DNA of 64,000 nt, taken from positions 37,014,001 to 37,078,000 of the forward strand of contig OZ320314.1 in NCBI GenBank assembly GCA_976226885.1, written 5' to 3'. The notes under the pieces are model-generated. The model searched no databases, was not told where the DNA came from, and worked only from the letters and a program-made list of their open reading frames with translations. The stretch comes from Iphione sp. A-MEVVRFRX5 (Eukaryota). A program made the translations under genes and the position numbers. Positions 57,444 to 64,000 of the stretch are shown piece by piece. Each line of letters starts with the position of its first letter. Position 1 is the first letter of the stretch.

Positions 57444-60400
57444 TTGACAGCACTTTAAACTCTACAAAGGGTTGGTACACTCTACACACTGAAGGTCATA
57501 CGAAGGTCGCTTGAGCGGATAGAACAAATATCATGGGGTTTGGATCTGGTGACCCATTTCGCGACGACAGGAAGATTCCTGTTTTGGCGGCGTGGGTCCT
57601 CAGGGATAGCCCTGCTATTATTTTCCCACCCAGACGTCATCATGATACTTCGGCTGGACAAAAAAAGTCTGACATTTTCATCATCCCATTTTAATGCCAC
57701 CTTTTCACGGCTGTCAGTCATAGAGCCGTTTGGTTCAACAAAGCCATCGCCGTACAGCGGCGGAGTTTTTAATGCTTGTCTCCTGATCGTAACATATGAC
57801 AAGTACGTAGGACTAGGAATCAATTAACTGCTTCACGCATGAATGGTTAATGCAAAGGATAATGTTGAATTGATGTCCGCATGAAAACAACGAATTAGTG
57901 ATCCACTCGAAATGTCATTCGTTTTACATCACGCTCAATCATGCAGAGCATACGTATCTTCATTCCATTTTGTGCGCTAACGTCTGTGACCTTAAAATCG
58001 TATTATCCACACTACACTTAGCAAGACATGTATCATCTGATATCGAAACACGATTCCTTTAAAAGGGAAACAGTACGTGTGGGTATGTCGGTAGCGGAAA
58101 TGTAATAAGGACTTTTGATGAGTGACATTTATGGAGACAGTGTGGAATGTTTTGACACAGAACGCTAAGTACAGAAGAATGAAACGTGAACGCTGTCACG
58201 ATTTGACCCGGAATATAGAAGCCGTTCTTTTCTCCACTTTGCTCACGTAGAAGGAGGGCTGTTCTCGACAATTTGTATTTACTGAAAACAAAAATGATGT
58301 GACTCTGTTTCATTGTATATGTACGACTGATGCACTAATTTACCTTGTATTTCATGCCTTTGTACATTTTTACAAAAAAGATTTCCCCCCTCCCTATATT
58401 TTGAAAAGTCTACAATTTAATGGACATCAAGATGCGAAGATCACAGAGACAGAACTTATTTTGTGAAGGCCCCCCTCTCTTCAAACAAATCGAAAGAAAA
58501 CAAAGATAACTGAAAATGTGAGGAACTGGGGAACAGAAATTGTTTTTGAAGGCCCTCTCTCTCATTAAAAAATCTATAACAGATAAAAATAATTTAAAAA
58601 GACATCCTTCCTTAATATGCTGAAGCAATATCTCCCTAATCAAGATTCCATATCAGGTGTAGCCTCCTTACAAGAGACAATACGAATCAGGTGCTTTACA
58701 GGTTTCTTCTTAATTATTCCTGCTCTAGTTCTCTGGTTATTTTGACATCTGGGCTTTTGAAAACGCAGTGGTATTACTCTTGTTTAGTTTCTGTCTCTAT
58801 GGTATTGTTTGATTATGGGCGTAGTTTTATCATTAGCTGGTGCATTATACATCACATAATGTAAGAACATTTGTAGTTTCATGAGAGATTTCGGATTGAT
58901 GGCATTAAGGTAAATACTTCTGTGAGAGGCGGAGGTTCGAAGAAACCTACCATCCCTAATGTTTATGGGCCTGTATCCGAAGATATTCTACGGAAATATC
59001 ATTGTCCCTTAGTTTCGCCTGACAGTTATCCTCTAGGCAGAGTTCGACAGAGAAGAGTCAAACGACACCTAGAAGGAAAAAAGGATGAACGATGTGATAA
59101 AATGATCGCCCAGGGATCTATGGTCATGTTATTAACAAACATGTTGTTTTATCATTAGACTCTTAATGTTTTATTATTAGATTACTTAGGTTACCACGTA
59201 CAACCTGATGAATACTGACACGTATGCCAATAAATCCCCACTCCCTTTTTATTCAGAAGAGAAAGCAAATTATTCCGTATGGGAGAGTTAGTTTCAGGCC
59301 AAGACTTAGACATCATTCAATGAAACACGCAGGTGTGAGTCATCATTGGACGGTTTTAGGAAAAAAGGATTGTCCGTCGTGTGGAGGTGTAGTGTCTACG
59401 TGGCTTTGCGATGCGTGTTTTTTTCAGCGAGACTTTTTTTTTCTAAGCCAAAGTACAAATTATTAAAGCAAACGCAAAATAAAAAGCGAAAGAAGGTGGC
59501 CACATCAGTTGACAAAAAGGCATAGGTGTCACAAATGGAGTTGCTGCGTGTGGTTTTGCTCATGCAAGTACTCAACGAGCACTCACGATAGTATTCCTCT
59601 GCTGTCTACACCGGCTTTTTACACAGCCCGAGACGTCTCTATGATGAGGATTGTTCCGACAAGCAGAACATTATTTTCATCCCGTTATTATATAGTCAGA
59701 AAGAAATCGCAGCAGAACATAATCGTGTCAGGAATATACAATAAAGGAGAAATAGTTCCTTTCTAGCATAATCATTCAAAATTATGGCAAAGCTTTACGA
59801 GACAATCCTTTCGGATGCATTTCTGACCAAAAGGCTTTCTTCCATGGTATGATCTTGCGCCATTGCCCTCCTTTACATCCAGCTTTATTTTGCGAATGTG
59901 ATATCCTTTCGTGCATCCCTCATGAGACATACATATAAAGATTGGCGTTGCCGTTTGAGATGCTGCTTCGATAGCGTGTGTCCGGCTATATTCCCTTCAT
60001 TTTTTACAAGCTCCCCTCTCTTCTTCTTCGCTCCATCCCGTCAAGATAAACAGGTTTCTAAGGATGACAGATTTCGATACAGCAGGCAAGCCCATCACTA
60101 CCGCTATGACACCAGATCCGCACCCTTTGCAGGCTCCTTCCTCGTATTTATACAGGACCGACTACTTGCAGTTACGTTATACTCGTATTTCGAGGCTACT
60201 AGACCCGGGTTCATTCCCTCCCCCCCCGTTTTCCTTCCTGGGCTCGCTTGCGTGTGTGTGTGTGTGCATGTATGGAAGGAGCGGGGTTGAAATCTTAGTG
60301 TGGGAAGGAAAGGAACAAGAAAATTGACTTTCTATCCGCATCCAGTGATATTCCTGTCAAATAGCCTTTTGCTATACACATATTTTGTATGCAAGGCCTT

Positions 60401-61394
60401 GTCATTTGAATTGTGCATTCACATTGTAGGTGTCTCAGCTAGCAGTAATCGGTATCTTGTGTGCTAGATCTTCTGAAGAAGTTAAGTTCAAAACTGAACA
60501 GCTTTTTTTCAGTCAACAAGCGCCTTCAGCGCCTGCACTTGCAGGCGGAGGGATAGAAGTTTTACAACCCTGCAAACCCTGCGTAGTGATACTACATCTC
60601 GTAAACTCACACATCTGAGCGAGATTTCCCCATGGCCGAACTACTTTCGGGCAACGTTTTATATAGGTAGTGTAATAACCAGCCCGAGTGGAATTGCACA
60701 ATCACTGCTTTGGAATCGCCTAACATGTCAACCTGCAGGACCAACACAGGTATTCCTTCTAGGAATAGAACCTGGTATGCTAGACATTGTGATATTACTT
60801 AGTCAGATCTGGAACAACTTCATATCTGGGAAGACACATCTGGTCATTGAATTATACATAGCTAATATCTGTATGTTCGCGCTGACCAGATCTCTTCATT
60901 CTGACGGGACGAGAACTGTACACAGGGATGAAAGAGGGGCAGGACTAGTGCCGGAGGAGGATTAAGTACTACCTAGATTAATAGGAAATGAACGATTAAA
61001 TACTGAATCGATACCTATAGTCTTCATCCCAATATTGAACACCACAGTGTAAAGACGTTTCATACTAATTCCTTGGAAACTTGAAAAAAAACCCCAACTT
61101 AACGAGCTTACTTGATATGTCGTCTACCAGTGAGGAGTAGATGTTTGTTCTCAGCGTGAATCGTACGTGCTACATGCAGTAAAATAATAAATAATCTATT
61201 CCTGAGCTATTGACTCATCACATTGCCTTTCAGGGTATGATTCACAACAAACACCTAATGACCATGTGGCTAGCCAACTAAACACTGAACACTTTACAAC
61301 CTACGTCACTCGATACATACACGTACATGTGCACTTGTCCTAACGAATCATCTAGGGATATAACCTGCATATAACGAAGCTGTCTGTTTTGATC

Positions 61395-61469
61395 ACCGGG
61401 AGACCTCCGGTCCTTGTACCAGAGAACGTGAATAAAGATTACATTCATTCATTCATTCATTCATTCATT
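61395..61469 (+). mobile_element. Probable 3' end of a LINE/SINE (AATAAA + (ATTC)n tail)
   Basis: AATAAA at 61431 followed by CATT/ATTC repeats; no RT sequence recognised upstream. Confidence 0.4.
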
Positions 61470-64000
61470 GATAGACTTTGTGGCCTGAGACCACTTTCTA
61501 ACAACCCATTTTAATACGAAATACCTAAAATGAAAGAGAACAAATGTACACATGTAGTTCCTTCATCCATTCCAAACTATGAAAATTAATGCCAGAAATG
61601 TGTCCCTCTGAGAATGAAGTTTCCCACAACGAAGTGACATCAAGGAACACATCGAAAAAGAATACTTCCTTCACACAGGAATACATGTATACTGTAGAGA
61701 AAAACCTGCAGAAACCAAGCTACGGATACATGTATTTCGTATTAAGCTTCATATTGACCAACTGTTTAAGCAGCAGAGTAGAGATGTAGAGGAACCCTTT
61801 CTTGCTCAGCAGTGGGATAAATTCCCTAAGGAATACGTCTACTTCTTTGTGAACGGGACATTCTTCCTTTATTACAGAAGGGTACGACGAGGAAAATAAC
61901 ACGAAGTTAGAAACGTTTTTCAACTATGAATGTGAATGGCTTTAGTAGTAACAGAACCCAACTACAATATTATCCAGTCAACTGCACGTTATGTGTGCCC
62001 AAAATGCAAAAACTGGCATCTTTCAAAGTCTGGGTGGGATTACTGCATCTTCCAAACCATAATTTCTGGAAAACAGAATTTTGTCTCACAAAAACTACAT
62101 TTACTATGCTTAGGTTACATACACTTTGAAGAGATGAACAACTACTGGCTCTTTCATTCACTGCAACAAGTTCTTATGTACAAACTAGAAATTGTGGTGG
62201 CGTTGCAGTGATATTACTTCGACACACTGGTCCGGTCGTGTGATCAACAGTTAAAGCAGGAGAATAAGACATTCGTACAATTTGACTCCTTCAGTTTTTT
62301 CAAAGGTAAATCTGAGGGTAAAACGTGGTAAATAATACCCTCAATGGATTGATTTGGAATCTGTACAGGTCTGAAATTGTGATACCTTTCCTAGAATCTC
62401 AGAGAGTAAACCATAACATAATTGAAAACAATGTTCATGCGCTATGTACTGAATGTGGTGCTAGCAGCAACGGACTTAGCTGAAAAGTTTCAATCTACTT
62501 GATGGAGGGTGTGCAGGAAACAATGGAGACATTCGAAGCGAAACAGATGGCCCTTCGCTCTCACTGTTCAGCAGCTGCACTTGACCCCTTAAGGGCTCGT
62601 ATACTAACACGACGCCATCTAGTTATAGGCCAGGCTCGGGGAGGTGGTGAGGTGGGGGGAGAGGGCAAAAAGTACATACAAGATGATAGAAGTGGCAAAC
62701 GGCATGCACCTACAGACTGGCTAGTATAGTGATCCAGCGCTGTAGGCTATCTTATCTTTCACGTTTTATGCCGAACTCTGTTTAAAATCTTCAACGTAAA
62801 ATCCGAAATGCGTATCCGAGTGCGAAAACGAGTGAAAGACAGGGAAATTCCTGTAAAGGAATGCCATGGGGAAAGACAGCAGCAACACATCTTAGTCAGT
62901 CTAAAAATAGTGTTTCTAATTTATCAAACGATGGGGGGGAGGGGGGGACCTCTTGAGACGATTTGGATTTTTGGAAAACGTTTTTTCCCCAAATTCTGGA
63001 CCAAACAGGTTCTCAAACTGTATTTAACTAAGTATCAGGTTCTAGAGATGGTTGGGTGGCAGACATAGCCAAGGCTAAAACACTAGACCACAGCCAGTTT
63101 AGGATGTGATTACGATCTCCCGAAGGCAGGCCCAGGCGAGGAGCAAAGGTTGCTCTAAGGTCGTAACTGGTCACACATACTCTCACCCTCCATCGCTAGA
63201 AGCGGTTTTAAATATACATATTCATATAGTTATCGGTATGATCGCCATCGCAGCACAAGACAGAGGAACTAAAATGCATCTTTGCATGCCATTACTGAGA
63301 CCACTGGGCAAGCTGTAGTACATATATACTCTGTGTATACTCTACTGTATACACTCTGTGCGCAGGGTCATGCTGTGGTCTTTTGGCTGTTCTGCTGCAT
63401 CGCAAGAAGGAGCTAGATAATAGCCTCGGTGGGAATGAGATCACTTAAAATACCGTTTTTGTAGCGCCGCGATTAAGAAGTAGACATATGGATGTGATTA
63501 TAACACCATGGAACAGCACATGTTTTCAAACAAACTAACATTATAGTTTTGACAGGCTACTTTGTTTTCATTTACAGGAAACCTTCTTTCTCATGGACCT
63601 GGGTGGGTGATCAAATGGGTTAACATGACCCGAAATCACAACCACCCAGACTGCACGAGCTATGCCCACCCCCCTCCCAACCCCTTACATTTACGGACAA
63701 ACATATCATTATCATTTCAGGCGAGTGTTAAACGTAATAAAGATAAGACTCATCCTTGTGGAATGAGGCACCGCCCACGGAAGGCAGACGTTTTGTTTCC
63801 TGCCTGTGGGTATTTGGGTTCGGGTTCACCACCGAGTTGACGTCAATGCGTGACATGCGAGAAATAATTGTGGCAGTGGTATCTGCCCTGCTGCGGTGGG
63901 TCACATGTCTATAGATATGATGCTCCATTCACGTGGGAGTCAAATATTGACACGTCGCCTGTTGCCCTAATGCCGAGCACCCTTGACCTCGAGTGCCTGG

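Noticed and set aside
60611-60732. 122-nt minus-strand exon candidate (VDMLGDSKAVIVQFHSGW...)
   Set aside because: Splice sites are plausible but there are no compatible neighbouring exons or recognisable homology.
30000-64000. tRNA genes, rRNA or tRNA-derived SINEs
   Set aside because: No convincing paired A-box/B-box or cloverleaf was seen by eye; tRNAscan-SE would be decisive.

Overview
AT-rich eukaryotic DNA, most likely from an invertebrate animal (spliceosomal signals, CR1-group LINEs, Ty3/Gypsy and pogo/Tigger elements), with an assembly gap at 38890-39043. The first ~28 kb is a transposon cluster. It holds the 3' part of a Gypsy LTR element (1-~7550), a near-complete CR1-group LINE (minus), a pogo/Tigger transposase (minus), two LINE RT remnants, a decayed Mag-like Gypsy (minus) and MITEs. 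Two things stand out. (1) The first Gypsy carries a ~5.4 kb accessory region between integrase and its PPT/3' LTR. It contains a sense 589-aa ORF with two C2H2 zinc fingers and two SIM-like motifs, and a divergent, apparently spliced antisense gene (TATA, Inr, GT-AG intron, AATAAA) whose product ends in a SIM-like acidic motif. Between these genes lies an array of a 16-bp palindrome (consensus ~TCGTGGTRCCACGAG) that recurs 7 times in the LTR, suggesting a self-encoded regulatory circuit. (2) Seven symmetric phase-1 micro-exons (30 or 42 nt) on the minus strand at 40.8-50.1 kb encode repeats such as DGSLPYKRNE, which looks like a dibasic-cleaved peptide/neuropeptide precursor built one repeat per exon. 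The rest is mostly intronic/intergenic with a few weak exon and promoter candidates. All family assignments come from motif recognition by eye; no database searches were run.
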